A stretch of 64,000 bases of DNA from an uncultured Clostridia bacterium (GTDB taxonomy: Bacteria > Bacillota > Clostridia > Christensenellales > CAAEEZ01), in assembly GCA_934365195.1 (NCBI GenBank), contig CAKRNA010000003.1, forward strand, positions 115,805 through 179,804. Direction: 5' to 3'. Each line of letters opens with the position of its first letter. Positions within the stretch are counted from its first letter, which is position 1. The position numbers and the translations under genes are program-made. The notes under the pieces were generated by a model, which was not told where the DNA came from, ran no database searches, and worked only from the letters and a program-made list of their open reading frames with translations. Positions 19,669 through 33,481 of the stretch are shown here, piece after piece.

Positions 19669-22071
19669 ATGGATTCACAAATAGATAATATTGTAAAGAG
19701 TTTAACTACCGAGCAAAAAATATTGCTTTGCTCCGGAAAGGACTTTTGGCATACCGTAAGTATAGAAGACAAAGTACCTTCGGTACTAATGACGGACGGA
19801 CCTCACGGGCTACGTAAAGAAGTTCAAGGGGCAACTGGTGTAAATATAATGTGCACAAGTGAAATTGCAACCTGCTTCCCAACGGCTGTTACCTTAGCAA
19901 GTTCGTGGGATAAGGAGGTAGCGTCTAACGTAGCCGACGCAATAGCCAAAGAGGCTCACACTCAAGGCATAGGCACCGTACTAGGCCCCGGCACGAACAT
20001 TAAGCGTTCGCCACTATGCGGAAGAAACTTCGAGTACTTCTCTGAAGATCCGTACCTATCCGGCGAAATGGCTAAAAGTTACGTTCAAGGAATGCAAGCA
20101 AACGGTATGGGCTGCTCGTTAAAGCACTTTGCAGCAAACAACCAAGAATACAACCGTATGAGCATAGACACTATCGTTGACGAAAGGACGCTTAGAGAGA
20201 TTTATCTACCTGCTTTTGAAAAGACGGTAAAAGAGGCTCAACCTTACCAGGTAATGTGCTCGTACAACAAACTTAACGGCACTTACCTATCCGACAACGA
20301 AAGAATGCTTACCGATATTCTTCGTGAGGAATGGGGCTTTGACGGAATAGTAGTAAGCGACTGGGGTGCTGTAAACAATAGGGCTAAGGGCATAAAAGCA
20401 GGGCTTGACCTTGAAATGCCGGGAACACACGGAATAAACAACAAATTCATATATAAAGCGCTTGAAGACGGCACTCTAACCGAGGAAGACCTAGACAGAG
20501 TCGTAAAAAGGCTTGTAAAATACGCATTAAAATGTGAGGCAAACAAAAAGGATATTAAGTACGACTACACCGAGGCGCACGAAATTGCAAGAAAGGCTGC
20601 CGAAAGCGGCGCAGTACTACTTAAAAACGACAACAATATCTTACCGCTTAAAAAAGGCGAAAAGATTGCTCTTATCGGTGCGCTAAGTAAAGAAACACGT
20701 TACCAAGGCTCAGGCAGTAGTTTAATCAACACCGACAGCGTGGTATCGGTATTTGATGCGTTTAATAAATACGGCGTGGAATTTGAGTATGCCGACGGCT
20801 ACACCATTAAGGACAACGTAAAGCCTGACATAATCGAAGAGGCGGTTAAAGTGGCTAAAAACGTGGATAAAGTCGTTCTTGTGTTAGGATTAACCCCTGA
20901 CTTTGAGTCGGAAGGCTTTGATAGAAAGCATATCGATATGCCTATAAACCAAACCACTCTGCTATCTAGCATCTACAAGGCAAACCAAAACGTAATAGTC
21001 GTACTTCAAACCGGCTCGCCTGTAAATATGAGATGGATAAACGAAACTAAGGCAGTACTTAACACCTATCTTGGCGGCGAGGCTGTCGGCGAGGCAACTT
21101 ACAACCTGCTTTACGGCGAGGTAAACCCAAGCGGTAAACTAGCAGAAACGTTCCCTCTATCACTTGACAACTATCTTGCAAGCAAGTACTTCCCTATGGG
21201 GCCTATTAACGTTCAATACCGTGAAAGTATTTTCGTTGGCTACCGTTATTACGACGCTGCTAATCAAAACGTCGCATTCCCATTCGGTTTTGGTCTAAGT
21301 TACACCAAGTTCGACTACTCTAACCTATCGGTAGAAAAGGACGGCAACACCGCAAAAGTCACCTTCACCGTAAAGAACGTAGGCGACGTAAAAGGTAAGG
21401 AAGTTTGCGAAGTTTACGTAGGACAAAAGGACAGCGTAATTTTCAAAGCGCCAAAAGAACTTAAAGGTTTTTGCAAAATCGAACTTGAAAGCGGCGAGGA
21501 AAAAACCGTAACCGTTTGCCTTGACGAAAGGGCGTTCAGTTACTACAACGTAAATATAAATGGCTGGGCTATCGAAAAGGGCGAGTACGAGATTATGGTT
21601 GGTGCAAGCAGCCGTGATATTAGGCTTACCGAGACGATTACCCTTGAGGGCGACGGAAGTGAAAATATCGATTACAGAGTCACCGCCCCAAGTTACTACC
21701 AAATGGACAAAATCGACGAGATTTCTATCGAAGAGTTCAGCGTGATTTACGGAAAAGACGTACCCGTTGGCACTCCGCTTAAAAAGGGCGAATACCACAT
21801 AAACACCACCCTTGGCGAAGTTACGGATAGTTGGTTCGGCAACTGGCTGAGAAGGACGATTTTATTTGGCGGAAGACTTGTAGGTAGACGTGCTTCAAAC
21901 ACTACTATGATAGTAAATTCAATACCTAATATGCCGTTTAGAAGTTTTGTACAATTCACGGGCGGTATGCTATCGCACAGAAGTGTGGACGGACTACTAA
22001 TGATGATAAACGGCCACTTCTTCAAGGGCTTAGGAAGGCTACTTAGCGGACTAAGAAAGAAGTATAGATAG
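19669..22071 (+). CDS. glycoside hydrolase family 3 beta-glucosidase-like enzyme
   Basis: 800 aa. GH3 N-domain (TDGPHGLRK, KHFAANNQE), nucleophile motif GIVVSDWGA, C-terminal alpha/beta and FnIII-like domains, plus a tail of about 100 aa. Confidence 0.9.
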   Translation: MDSQIDNIVKSLTTEQKILLCSGKDFWHTVSIEDKVPSVLMTDGPHGLRKEVQGATGVNIMCTSEIATCFPTAVTLASSWDKEVASNVADAIAKEAHTQGIGTVLGPGTNIKRSPLCGRNFEYFSEDPYLSGEMAKSYVQGMQANGMGCSLKHFAANNQEYNRMSIDTIVDERTLREIYLPAFEKTVKEAQPYQVMCSYNKLNGTYLSDNERMLTDILREEWGFDGIVVSDWGAVNNRAKGIKAGLDLEMPGTHGINNKFIYKALEDGTLTEEDLDRVVKRLVKYALKCEANKKDIKYDYTEAHEIARKAAESGAVLLKNDNNILPLKKGEKIALIGALSKETRYQGSGSSLINTDSVVSVFDAFNKYGVEFEYADGYTIKDNVKPDIIEEAVKVAKNVDKVVLVLGLTPDFESEGFDRKHIDMPINQTTLLSSIYKANQNVIVVLQTGSPVNMRWINETKAVLNTYLGGEAVGEATYNLLYGEVNPSGKLAETFPLSLDNYLASKYFPMGPINVQYRESIFVGYRYYDAANQNVAFPFGFGLSYTKFDYSNLSVEKDGNTAKVTFTVKNVGDVKGKEVCEVYVGQKDSVIFKAPKELKGFCKIELESGEEKTVTVCLDERAFSYYNVNINGWAIEKGEYEIMVGASSRDIRLTETITLEGDGSENIDYRVTAPSYYQMDKIDEISIEEFSVIYGKDVPVGTPLKKGEYHINTTLGEVTDSWFGNWLRRTILFGGRLVGRRASNTTMIVNSIPNMPFRSFVQFTGGMLSHRSVDGLLMMINGHFFKGLGRLLSGLRKKYR

Positions 22072-22201
22072 CCTTAACCAACTGCTCTACACGGCTATTT
22101 AACGTCCAAACTAAGACCTAAAAAGCCTTGTAAAGATTAGTCAATAAGATAAATAGTAGCAAAACTAGGCTAGTTAAGGCTTAAAACTAAAATAAATAAT
22201 T

Positions 22202-22228
22202 AAAGCAACCTGTACGGTTGCTTTTTTA
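22202..22228. terminator. bidirectional hairpin between convergent GH3 and lipoprotein genes
   Basis: GCAACC-TGTAC-GGTTGC followed by T6 on the plus strand and an A/T-rich tract on the other side. Confidence 0.65.
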
Positions 22229-22250
22229 TTTGCAAAATATTTTCTATGTT

Positions 22251-22925
22251 TTACGTAGTTTTCTTGCTTAAAACCTCGCCCGTTTTGGCGTCTAACAGGA
22301 TCGAACAAAAACTGTTTTCGCCGTCTATTAGCGCTACGTACCAGTAGTGGCTACCCTTCACGTTGTTGTTGTCACGGATAAGTTTTACGTAAAACTCCTT
22401 ACAAAACTTGCCGTCCTTGTAGCCAGAGGCAATTTGCTCCTTGAATTCCTCTTTTACAATCTTCATTATTTGCTGACGGCTGATGTACTCTTTCATAACG
22501 TTAGTAAGTTTTATCACCTTGTTTTCAATCTCGATTTCGGTTATCTCGCCCACCGTAGATATGTTTTTCTCGAAGTTTTCGGTAAACATATCCCTCGGAA
22601 GATTTTCACTAACGCCCTTGCCGTCCACCGTCAGTTTTACGTTCACGCTATTTCTGTCGTCCTGTTTTTTCGGCACTACTATAACCGTGCAAAACGGTAC
22701 TATTTTGCCTATTTTTCCGTCATCGACAAACACTTCTTCCTTTTTTCCCACCTCGCAAATCACCGTATATTTCTCGTTTTCACCGGTGTACGACGCATCG
22801 TGAGAGTAACTAACGTAATTGTTTAGTTCATTCTCCTTTTTACTATGAGTTTTGCAACCGCTAAGCCCAACTACGCCAAAAACAACCATACCTACCGTCA
22901 ATAATACTAATAAAAATTTCTTCAT
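22251..22925 (-). CDS. lipoprotein of unknown function (PepSY-like C-terminus)
   Basis: 224 aa. Signal peptide plus lipobox GLSGC. The C-terminal segment HYWYVALIDGENSFCSILLDAKTGEVLSKK resembles a PepSY-type fold. Confidence 0.6.
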   Translation of the reverse strand: MKKFLLVLLTVGMVVFGVVGLSGCKTHSKKENELNNYVSYSHDASYTGENEKYTVICEVGKKEEVFVDDGKIGKIVPFCTVIVVPKKQDDRNSVNVKLTVDGKGVSENLPRDMFTENFEKNISTVGEITEIEIENKVIKLTNVMKEYISRQQIMKIVKEEFKEQIASGYKDGKFCKEFYVKLIRDNNNVKGSHYWYVALIDGENSFCSILLDAKTGEVLSKKTT

Positions 22926-23030
22926 AATCTACCTCTTAAAAAGACTATGCAAAGCGAGGTAAAATTATGCAGCAACCCATCGTTTTCCCTGTTTGGCGGT
23001 ATTTTACAGCCTTTAAACGCCAACTGCAAT

Positions 23031-23056
23031 AATAAAAAAACGCCCGTTTGGGCGTT
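23031..23056 (-). terminator. intrinsic terminator ending the V-ATPase operon
   Basis: Minus-strand AACGCCC-AAAC-GGGCGUU followed by U7AUU, 16 nt after the ntpD stop. Confidence 0.8.
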
Positions 23057-23071
23057 TCTTATCTAGCGATT

Positions 23072-23710
23072 TTAAGATTTTGATTTTTCCTCAATCATAG
23101 ACTTAACTTTCATCAGCCTTATAGTTGCGCTTCTTTCGTTTTCGTCTAGTTTCATATTGATATACTTTATGGTTTCCTCGGTTTGCGGTATCATTACGTA
23201 CTCTAATGCGTTTACCCTACGGCGATTTTTCTCGATTTCGTCGGCAAGCATATTACAAGTTTTTTCCACCTCGGCAAGTTCAACGAGTTTTACAAGAAGT
23301 TTGTTCATCGTTGCAATAGAAGTGTCTAATTCACCCGTAACGCTGGCAAAACTGTACGGATAAGCCTCTCCGCCCTCGCCCTTAGTCACGGTTATTTTAG
23401 GTACGTTCACGCTCATTACGTTCTCGGTAGAAAGGTCTAGTTCCACCTTTGCGGTAGGCATAGCGATAGCCTCCTCGATATCGGCGCTGGAAGTTACGGA
23501 TTGTGCTAGCATAAATTGACTAAGCGCACCCGATAATTCCGCCTCCACTTCCTCACGTAATTTCTTATTCCTTTTTACGTATATCATAAATTGTCTTATC
23601 ATCTCGTCGGACTTATCTTTCAACAATTTATGTCCTCTCGTAGCGGTTGCCAGCCTACCTTTAAGCCTACGCAACTCCATACGAGTAGGATTAACTCTAA
23701 GTCTTGCCAT
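23072..23710 (-). CDS. ntpD: V-type ATPase subunit D
   Basis: 212 aa. MARLRVNPTRMELRRLKGRLATATRGHKLLKDK is the canonical subunit-D N-terminus. Confidence 0.93.
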   Translation of the reverse strand: MARLRVNPTRMELRRLKGRLATATRGHKLLKDKSDEMIRQFMIYVKRNKKLREEVEAELSGALSQFMLAQSVTSSADIEEAIAMPTAKVELDLSTENVMSVNVPKITVTKGEGGEAYPYSFASVTGELDTSIATMNKLLVKLVELAEVEKTCNMLADEIEKNRRRVNALEYVMIPQTEETIKYINMKLDENERSATIRLMKVKSMIEEKSKS

Positions 23711-23718
23711 AATACCCT

Positions 23719-25095
23719 CTACTCGTTATCACCCATATATTTTTCAATATATTCGTCTTTAATTCTTTTTAGTTCGTTTCTAGGCAATATTTTTAGTAAT
23801 TCCCAGCCCAAGTTCAAGGTGTCCTCGATAGAACGGTTTGCCTCAAAGCCTTGCGAAACGTATCTCTTTTCGAACTGATCTGCAAACTCTGCAAACTTCT
23901 TGTCCGCCTCGGTTAGCGCTGCGTCACCAAGAATTGCCGATAACTCTTTTGCCTCTTTTCCTCTTGCGTAAGCCGAGAAAAGTTGGTTCATTGTGTCGGC
24001 GTGGTCCTCCCTAGTCTTGTTTTTGCCGATACCTTTATCTTTAAGCCTTGACAAAGACGGCAAAACGTCGATAGGCGGGTTGATACCTTTCTTATAAAGT
24101 TCCCTACTAAGAATAATTTGTCCCTCGGTAATGTAGCCCGTAAGGTCAGGAATAGGGTGCGTTTTATCTTCCTCCGGCATCGTTAGGATAGGAATTTGGG
24201 TGATAGAGCCCTTCTTTCCTCTAATTCTGCCTGCTCTTTCGTAAATAGTAGCAAGGTTGGTGTATAGATAGCCCGGGTATCCACGACGACCGGGTACTTC
24301 CTTTCTTGCAGCGGATACTTCACGAAGCGCCTCTGCGTAGTTGGTTATATCCGTCATAATTACCAGTACGTGCATATCCTTTTCAAAAGCCAAATACTCA
24401 GCGGCAGTTAGCGCCATACGAGGAGTAGCAATACGCTCGATTGCAGGATCATTTGCAAGGTTCATAAATAGCACGGCTCTTTCGATAGCGCCCGTCTTTC
24501 TGAAGTCCGAAATAAAGAATTCCGCCTCCTCGAATGTGATACCGATAGCCGCAAATACTACTGCGAATTTGTCGTCGGCGTTTAAAACTTTTGCTTGCCT
24601 TGCAATTTGAGCAGCAAGGTCAGCGTGTGGTAAGCCTGATGCCGAGAACACAGGAAGTTTTTGTCCTCTTACTAGCGTGTTCAAGCCGTCGATAGCAGAT
24701 ACGCCCGTTTGAATAAACTCATCGGGATAGTCACGAGCGGCAGGGTTCATAGGTTGACCGTTAATATCCATTCTCTTTTCAGGGATAATCTCAGGTCCGT
24801 CGTCCTTTGGCCTACCCATACCGTCGAATACTCTACCAAGCATTTCTTCAGCCACAGGAAGTTCTATGGATTTACCCAAAAATCTTGCTTTTGACGTGCT
24901 CATTTGTATGCCTTGCGAAGGCTCGAAAAGTTGCACTAACGCCTTATCGCCCTCAACTTCTAGCACCTTACCTTGACGAATATCACCGTCACTTCCGCAA
25001 ATTTCTACAAGTTCGTCGTATTTTACACCGCTTACGCCGTCAACAAGCATAAGAGGTCCTACGATTTCTCTAATTGATTTATATTCTTTAAGCAT
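23719..25095 (-). CDS. ntpB: V-type ATPase subunit B
   Basis: 458 aa non-catalytic nucleotide-binding subunit with high-identity V/A-type B sequence ([26 protein letters not shown]). Confidence 0.95.
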   Translation of the reverse strand: MLKEYKSIREIVGPLMLVDGVSGVKYDELVEICGSDGDIRQGKVLEVEGDKALVQLFEPSQGIQMSTSKARFLGKSIELPVAEEMLGRVFDGMGRPKDDGPEIIPEKRMDINGQPMNPAARDYPDEFIQTGVSAIDGLNTLVRGQKLPVFSASGLPHADLAAQIARQAKVLNADDKFAVVFAAIGITFEEAEFFISDFRKTGAIERAVLFMNLANDPAIERIATPRMALTAAEYLAFEKDMHVLVIMTDITNYAEALREVSAARKEVPGRRGYPGYLYTNLATIYERAGRIRGKKGSITQIPILTMPEEDKTHPIPDLTGYITEGQIILSRELYKKGINPPIDVLPSLSRLKDKGIGKNKTREDHADTMNQLFSAYARGKEAKELSAILGDAALTEADKKFAEFADQFEKRYVSQGFEANRSIEDTLNLGWELLKILPRNELKRIKDEYIEKYMGDNE

Positions 25096-26864
25096 TAGTT
25101 TACTCCTTCATCTACAAGGTTTACGATTTCTTTTCTAAGTTCCGTCTCAATCTCGTCGAATTTATCAAGTTCGGTTTCTTTAATGTACTTTGCTCTACCG
25201 ATTTTGTCGTTGACCGGAAGTTCAAGTAAGTCCTCGATATCAACGCCCTTAGATACTGCATCTTGGCACAAACGATAGTTGTCAATGATTAAACGCATCA
25301 TTCTGCATTGTTTTTCTAGCGATGCGTAGGTGTCAACCTCGTGGAATGCGTTTTGGTGCAAGTAGTCCTCACGGATAGACTTAGCCGTCTCCATAGTAAC
25401 CCTATCGGTAGGTGACAAGGCGTCCATACCAACCAGCCTTACTATTTCGTCTAGGCTTGCCTCCTCTTGCAAGATTCTCATAATATCGCCACGCAAACTA
25501 GACCAGTCGTCGCTTACGTTGTCGTTAAACCACAAATTAAGTTTATCGGCATACAACGAGTAACTCGTTAGCCAGTCTACTGCAGGGAAGTGTCTTTTGT
25601 AAGCAAGTGAAGCGGACAAGCCCCAGAATACCTTAACTATACGCAAAGTTGCTTGGCTGACCGGCTCGGACATATCGCCACCCGGAGGAGAAACAGCGCC
25701 GATTGCAGATACTGCGCCCATCGTATCCTCGCTGCCTAGTACTTTTACGATACCTGCTCTCTCGTAGAACTCTGCAAGCCTACTAGATAGGTAAGCAGGA
25801 TATCCTTCCTCACCCGGCATTTCTTCAAGACGTCCGCTCATTTCACGAAGAGCCTCTGCCCATCTTGACGTGGAGTCCGCCATTATTGCTACGCTGTATC
25901 CCATATCTCTGAAGTACTCTGCGATTGTGATACCGGTATAGATAGATGCCTCACGAGCGGCAACCGGCATATCGGAAGTGTTCGCAATTAGCACCGTTCT
26001 TTTCATTAGAGGTTCGCCGGTTTTTGGATCGATTAACTCCGGGAACTCGTTAAGAACGTCCGTCATTTCGTTTCCACGCTCTCCGCAACCAACGTACACG
26101 ATAATATCGGCGTCAGCCCACTTTGCAAGTTGGTGTTGAACTACCGTTTTACCACTACCGAATGGTCCGGGTACGGCTGCAACGCCACCCTTTGCTATCG
26201 GGAACAACGTGTCGATTACCCTTTGACCTGTAATAAGCGGCTTGTTAGGAGTAATCTTTTCCTTGTATGGTCTACCTTTTCTGACAGGCCATTTTTGTAG
26301 CATCGTTACCGCTACTTCGCCCTTATCGGTTTTAACCACGCACACCGTTTCGTCCACGGTGAAGTCGCCCTCTAAAATCTTGGTTATTTCACCTTTTACG
26401 CCAAACGGAATCATAATTCTGTGCTCGATAAGTACGTTTTCTTGTACTAAACCGATAATATCACCGCTTGTTACTACGTCGCCCACCTTTTTAGTTGGCT
26501 TAAAAGTCCACTTTTTCTCGTGGTCCAAAGCAGGCACGGTAATACCCCTTGCAATTCTATCGCCCGATATTTTACGCAAATTTTCAAGTGGTCTTTGAAT
26601 ACCGTCGTAGATACCTTCCATAAGTCCCGGTCCAAGTTCTACCGAAAGCGGCATACCCGTGCTGTAAACAGCCTCGCCCGGTCCAAGTCCACTAGTTTCC
26701 TCGTAAACCTGTATGGACGCTTTGTCGCCACGAAGTTCGATAATTTCGCCGATAAGTTGCTTTTCGCTAACCCTTACAACGTCGAACATTTTACAGTCCT
26801 GCATACCGCTGGCAACTATAAGTGGTCCTGAAACTTTTACAATTTTTCCTACATTCTCTTGCAT
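25095..26864 (-). CDS. ntpA: V-type ATPase catalytic subunit A
   Basis: 589 aa. Walker [10 protein letters not shown], the non-homologous insert typical of A subunits, and [10 protein letters not shown]. Confidence 0.95.
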   Translation of the reverse strand: MQENVGKIVKVSGPLIVASGMQDCKMFDVVRVSEKQLIGEIIELRGDKASIQVYEETSGLGPGEAVYSTGMPLSVELGPGLMEGIYDGIQRPLENLRKISGDRIARGITVPALDHEKKWTFKPTKKVGDVVTSGDIIGLVQENVLIEHRIMIPFGVKGEITKILEGDFTVDETVCVVKTDKGEVAVTMLQKWPVRKGRPYKEKITPNKPLITGQRVIDTLFPIAKGGVAAVPGPFGSGKTVVQHQLAKWADADIIVYVGCGERGNEMTDVLNEFPELIDPKTGEPLMKRTVLIANTSDMPVAAREASIYTGITIAEYFRDMGYSVAIMADSTSRWAEALREMSGRLEEMPGEEGYPAYLSSRLAEFYERAGIVKVLGSEDTMGAVSAIGAVSPPGGDMSEPVSQATLRIVKVFWGLSASLAYKRHFPAVDWLTSYSLYADKLNLWFNDNVSDDWSSLRGDIMRILQEEASLDEIVRLVGMDALSPTDRVTMETAKSIREDYLHQNAFHEVDTYASLEKQCRMMRLIIDNYRLCQDAVSKGVDIEDLLELPVNDKIGRAKYIKETELDKFDEIETELRKEIVNLVDEGVN

Positions 26865-26866
26865 TT

Positions 26867-27202
26867 CTAATCCTCTCTATCAAACAGAATATCTGCACCT
26901 ATTGCTTTTTCAACGTCCTTTTTGATACAATCCATACCGTAGCCGTTAGTACCCGCCGTAGACGGAATAGGAATAACAGCCGGATACGCTTTGGTTTTGT
27001 ATCTTGCTACAACGTCGTTTATTTTTACGGCAATATCCTCGGTAATGAAGATAACCGCATATTTTCTGGCTAATTTTTTTAAGGTTTCTCTTGCCTCGTT
27101 TTCCTCGTTTACGGGGAAAATTTCTATGCCTATCGCCTTAAACGCCAATATGGAATCTTTGTCGCCTATTACGGCAATTTTATTTTCACGCATATAGTTC
27201 AC
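26867..27202 (-). CDS. ntpG: V-type ATPase subunit F (E. hirae NtpG equivalent)
   Basis: 111 aa. [19 protein letters not shown]..., and it sits between the C and A subunit genes. Confidence 0.85.
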   Translation of the reverse strand: MNYMRENKIAVIGDKDSILAFKAIGIEIFPVNEENEARETLKKLARKYAVIFITEDIAVKINDVVARYKTKAYPAVIPIPSTAGTNGYGMDCIKKDVEKAIGADILFDRED

Positions 27203-28175
27203 GCAACCTTTCTTTTACTAACTTTTTATCCACCTTGTTTTTAACGGCGGTAATCACCAGTTTAATCACCTTTACCTCCACCGTTTTTGCAAGGTAAAAT
27301 CCGGCAATCGGCGATACGCTAAACATATCGTTCCTATCGCTTTTAAACACGCCTAAAAGATAGTCGTCCTTTGCCGTTTCAAACCTAACCAGACCGTTTT
27401 CGCTAAGCACCGCTATTACGTCCTTGTATCCAAAGAATGCAAGTTTGTCGTAGCAAAGTTCTAGCGGACTATCGAAAATTTCCTTATAGGTAACAAGCCC
27501 GATTTTCCCACCCGTTACAAAGTTTTTCTCAAAGAATTTCTCGTCCAAACCAAGATTTTTGCACCTTACGAAAGTACCTATATTACTAAAATCGCACTTA
27601 GCGGTAAAGTACTTGTAAATAGCGGTGTTTTTCTTGCCTTTTAGTAAGGCGAAAATTTCCTCGTAACACGCCTTATCCAGCGTGGTATCTATTAGTGCGG
27701 GGCTTCTGTTTCCGTTCACGAACTCAAGGTCGATAAGTTCCAAGGCTTTTGCCATTTCCTTTGAAAAAGTATCGTAATTATCGGCAAAAATCTTGTCCTT
27801 CATAACGTCAAGGTCCACCGTTCCGCTACTAACGACTAGATGGGATACCTCCTCCATCTTTAGATATTTCGCCTTCATAAACGCTTTGGCGTTGTGGTAA
27901 TCCACCTCCACCAAAAAAGCCTCCAAACCATACTTAGGCACAGCGTTTTCCTTCAAAAAATCAAGGGCGTTTTTTTCCTCGTATTTTAGTAGTTTTTCGT
28001 ACTCGTACGGGCTATCCACACCTGCTCCTTGACCGTATCCGCTCTCCACCAAAACCTTAAAAGCCTCCTCCAAGGTTTCGGCATCCATAAGCCTAGTCAG
28101 TTGCATTTGATTTAGTAAGGAGTTTTCCAAAGCCTTTATTCTTGCGTTTACGTATACAAGACTTCCTGCTTGCAT
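27186..28175 (-). CDS. ntpC: V-type ATPase subunit C (eukaryotic d homologue)
   Basis: 329 aa helical protein. N-terminus YVNARIKALENSLL, and its operon position is E-C-F. Confidence 0.85.
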   Translation of the reverse strand: MQAGSLVYVNARIKALENSLLNQMQLTRLMDAETLEEAFKVLVESGYGQGAGVDSPYEYEKLLKYEEKNALDFLKENAVPKYGLEAFLVEVDYHNAKAFMKAKYLKMEEVSHLVVSSGTVDLDVMKDKIFADNYDTFSKEMAKALELIDLEFVNGNRSPALIDTTLDKACYEEIFALLKGKKNTAIYKYFTAKCDFSNIGTFVRCKNLGLDEKFFEKNFVTGGKIGLVTYKEIFDSPLELCYDKLAFFGYKDVIAVLSENGLVRFETAKDDYLLGVFKSDRNDMFSVSPIAGFYLAKTVEVKVIKLVITAVKNKVDKKLVKERLRELYA

Positions 28176-28768
28176 TATTTTTTCTCCTTATTAAAAATCA
28201 TATCGGCAATTTCGGTTTCCATCTCGTCACGTAGCGTTTTTAACTCCACGTCAAAGGTAAGGTTTTTATCCATACCGTTGCCGGAAAGTATTACACCGCC
28301 CTCAAAATCGCCGTATTCTTTATTAAGCGTAAGTTTTATTTTTTTAGCCGTGGCAATTTTGCCTATTTTTTCCTTGGTAATAAGTTTTTTGTCCTTTTCC
28401 GATACGGTTACAACGTCCCCGTCCTCAGCATAACGGCTAATCATATTGCTTACAACCTTGAAATATTCCTCGCTACTTAGACCGTTTAGTTGCTCCTTTG
28501 CTAGCCTAAAAGCCTCGTCAATGGCATCTTTTTTAGCCTTTAACACAATCTTTTTAGCGTCAAGTTCGGCAACTGCCTTTTGCCTTTTTACAGTTTCGTC
28601 AATCACGCTTTGCTTACCCTTCAACACCTCGTCCATCACGGCTTTTGCCTCTACTTCGGCGTCGTGAATAACGTGCTCGGAGTCTAACTTTGCTTGCGCT
28701 TTGATTTGGCTTGCTTTTTCCTCGGCATCGGCTAATATTTTGTTTATTATAGCGTCAGTTCCTGCCAT
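28175..28768 (-). CDS. ntpE: V-type ATPase subunit E (peripheral stalk)
   Basis: 197 aa. A long N-terminal K/E/A-rich helix is followed by a globular C-terminus, and the gene sits in operon position K-E-C. Confidence 0.85.
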   Translation of the reverse strand: MAGTDAIINKILADAEEKASQIKAQAKLDSEHVIHDAEVEAKAVMDEVLKGKQSVIDETVKRQKAVAELDAKKIVLKAKKDAIDEAFRLAKEQLNGLSSEEYFKVVSNMISRYAEDGDVVTVSEKDKKLITKEKIGKIATAKKIKLTLNKEYGDFEGGVILSGNGMDKNLTFDVELKTLRDEMETEIADMIFNKEKK

Positions 28769-28787
28769 TTTTCTAGTTCCTTATCTA

Positions 28788-31300
<2,513 letters not shown>

Positions 31301-31314
<14 letters not shown>

Positions 31315-31627
31315 ATTTTTCTAATATCCTCCTAGCAATAAAGTTACTTGCCTCTATGGTTTTGTCCTTAGAGTCCTTCAAGGTTTTATCAGCGGTCTTT
31401 TTGCCGTTTTTGATGATTTCGTCGTAAGCCTTTTTCGCCTCAATATTAGCCTCGGCACTAATGTTTCTTACTTCCTCTTTTACCTTGTTAGAATTGTCTT
31501 TCAGAATTTTATCCGCATCGGCTTTTGCTTTTTGATAATCGTCCTTAGCCTTTTGAGTAGCCTCTTTAACGATTACGTCAGCCCTTTCCTCGGCAGATAC
31601 AATCGAGTTTATTACGTTTTGTAACAT
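31301..31627 (-). CDS. ntpF: V-type ATPase peripheral-stalk subunit G/H family (E. hirae NtpF equivalent)
   Basis: 108 aa, a single long K/E/A-rich helix. It is the first gene of the ntp cluster and overlaps ntpI by 14 nt. Confidence 0.75.
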
Positions 31628-31636
31628 ACTTTGCTC

Positions 31637-32086
31637 CTATTTAGAATATTTTTGTTCTATTGCCGTAATTTTATCCAAGCGGTTTTGGTGTCTGCCACCT
31701 TGGTACTCGGCGTCAAGCCAAGCGTCTAGCATAGCCACAGCCTTTTCGCTATCGGTAACCCTACCGCCCATTGAAATAATATTTGCGTCGTTATGCTCCT
31801 TGCAAGCCTGTGCCGAGAACAAATCCGACACCAAAGCACATCTAATGCCCGGGACTTTGTTTGCCGCAATTCCTATACCGATACCGGTTCCGCATAGCAA
31901 AATACCTTTGTCGGCCTTGCCGTCCTTTACCGCCTCTGCAACCTTTAAAGCGTAGTCCGGATAATCTACGGATTCCTCGCTAAAAGTACCAAAGTCCTCC
32001 ACTTCGATTCCTCTTTCCTCTAAGTCCTTCAATACAGCAGGTTTCAAAACGATTCCACCATGATCGCATCCAATTGCAATTTTCAT
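31637..32086 (-). CDS. rpiB: ribose-5-phosphate isomerase B
   Basis: 149 aa. MKIAIGCDHGG..., LLCGTGIGIGIAANK, RpiB/LacAB family. Its stop is only 9 nt before ntpF. Confidence 0.92.
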   Translation of the reverse strand: MKIAIGCDHGGIVLKPAVLKDLEERGIEVEDFGTFSEESVDYPDYALKVAEAVKDGKADKGILLCGTGIGIGIAANKVPGIRCALVSDLFSAQACKEHNDANIISMGGRVTDSEKAVAMLDAWLDAEYQGGRHQNRLDKITAIEQKYSK

Positions 32087-32129
32087 AAACGTCTCCTATA
32101 TACTATTAGTTTTTTATAACAATATAATT

Positions 32130-32158
32130 ATTATATATCAATAAAAAATGATTTTCAA
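32130..32158 (-). promoter_or_regulatory. sigma-A-type promoter upstream of rpiB (and probably the ntp operon)
   Basis: The minus strand has TTGAAA (32158-32153), a 17-nt spacer and TATAAT (32135-32130). The rpiB SD (tAGGAGacgtt) lies about 35 nt downstream. Confidence 0.65.
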
Positions 32159-32263
32159 TACTAAAAATTAAATAGTTGTTCACATTTCATTATTTTTGTC
32201 CAAAATGTGCCGTTAATCTAAATTTAACCCATAACTGCCGTTTTAACAAGTATTTTTTCTCTT

Positions 32264-32304
32264 AAAAAAATAAAAACGCCACCTCCGTTAAAAATCGGAA
32301 GTGG
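32264..32304 (-). terminator. intrinsic terminator downstream of tsaC
   Basis: Minus-strand CCACUUCCG-AUUUUUAA-CGGAGGUGG (9 bp, one G.U), then CGU5AU7. On the plus strand the same hairpin has a C/A mismatch. Confidence 0.7.
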
Positions 32305-32464
32305 TTTTTTTGAATTTTTATTTAATTTGCACGCACAACATAATATATTATTTTAAGCAAAAATCAATATTATAACGAAAAATTCTGTTCTTTACAAACA
32401 AAAAAGTAAATTCTTTCAAGTTGACGCCTTATTGCGAAAAATATTAAAAGTATGCTCTTTTATG

Positions 32465-33445
32465 CTAATCTTCGTTTTTCGTTGCTTTAATCAGCCTATT
32501 CATCACCGAGCGGCTAACCCCCTCGTCCTCTAATTTTTCCACGATTACGTAGTCGTAATTTTCCTCTGCTTTATGTAGTGCGTCATACACGTTTCTTGCG
32601 TACTCCTCGCCTGTTGCACCGATATTTATAAGGTTCAATAGGAAGTATTCGGCGTGGTTTTTGCCGATAATTACGGGGCGCTTACCCTCTTTTACCGCCT
32701 TTTTGTATTCAAGGATTACCTCGCTTACGCCGTCCTTCATAACGGCAGGTACTCTTGGTGCGTAGTGCTTGTATTTCATACCGGGAGCAAGTGCAACCTC
32801 CACCCCTTTTGACCTATACACTTCCACTTTATCTAATACTTCGCTTAGCATTTCCTCGGTGATAGCGCCCGGGCGCAAAATGGTGGGAGTATCCATAGTT
32901 AAATCCAAAATGGTGGACTCGATGCCCACTTCTGAACTACCGCCGTCGATAATTAGCGGGATTTTGCCGTTTAAGTCGTCAAAAACGTGCTTTGCCGTGG
33001 TAGGACTGATATGCTTGGAGGAATTTGCGCTTGGAGCAGCCATAAATACCCCTGACTTTTCCACAATTAGCCTTGCAATTTCGTTAGACGGCATACGTAC
33101 GCCAACGGTATCTCTACCCGCCGTAACAACGGGGCTTACCTTGTCGCTCTTTTTCAAAATTATGGTTAGAGGCCCCGGCAAAAACCTATCCGCAATATCG
33201 TAAAATGCGTCGGGAATTTCCCTTGCCACCTCTTTTACGTCCTCTATTTTTGCAATATGCACGATAAGTGGATTATCCTGAGGTCTGCCCTTTGCGATAA
33301 AGATTTTTTTAACGGCCTCGGCGTTTGTGCAGTCCGCACCTAGTCCGTACACGGTTTCGGTAGGGAAAGCCACCACTTCGCCTGCTTTTAACAGTTCTAC
33401 GGCATAATCAAGCCCGTCTTCTATTTTAAGTACCTTAGTTTCCAT
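32465..33445 (-). CDS. tsaC: L-threonylcarbamoyladenylate synthase, long Sua5/YwlC form
   Basis: 326 aa. YrdC domain (VAFPTETVYGLGAD, KGRPQDNPLIVH) plus a C-terminal Sua5 domain. An extended -10 TGCTACAAT lies at 33472-33464. Confidence 0.9.
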   Translation of the reverse strand: METKVLKIEDGLDYAVELLKAGEVVAFPTETVYGLGADCTNAEAVKKIFIAKGRPQDNPLIVHIAKIEDVKEVAREIPDAFYDIADRFLPGPLTIILKKSDKVSPVVTAGRDTVGVRMPSNEIARLIVEKSGVFMAAPSANSSKHISPTTAKHVFDDLNGKIPLIIDGGSSEVGIESTILDLTMDTPTILRPGAITEEMLSEVLDKVEVYRSKGVEVALAPGMKYKHYAPRVPAVMKDGVSEVILEYKKAVKEGKRPVIIGKNHAEYFLLNLINIGATGEEYARNVYDALHKAEENYDYVIVEKLEDEGVSRSVMNRLIKATKNED

Positions 33446-33481
33446 ACATACCTCTTTCGTAATATTGTAGCACTTTTTTTT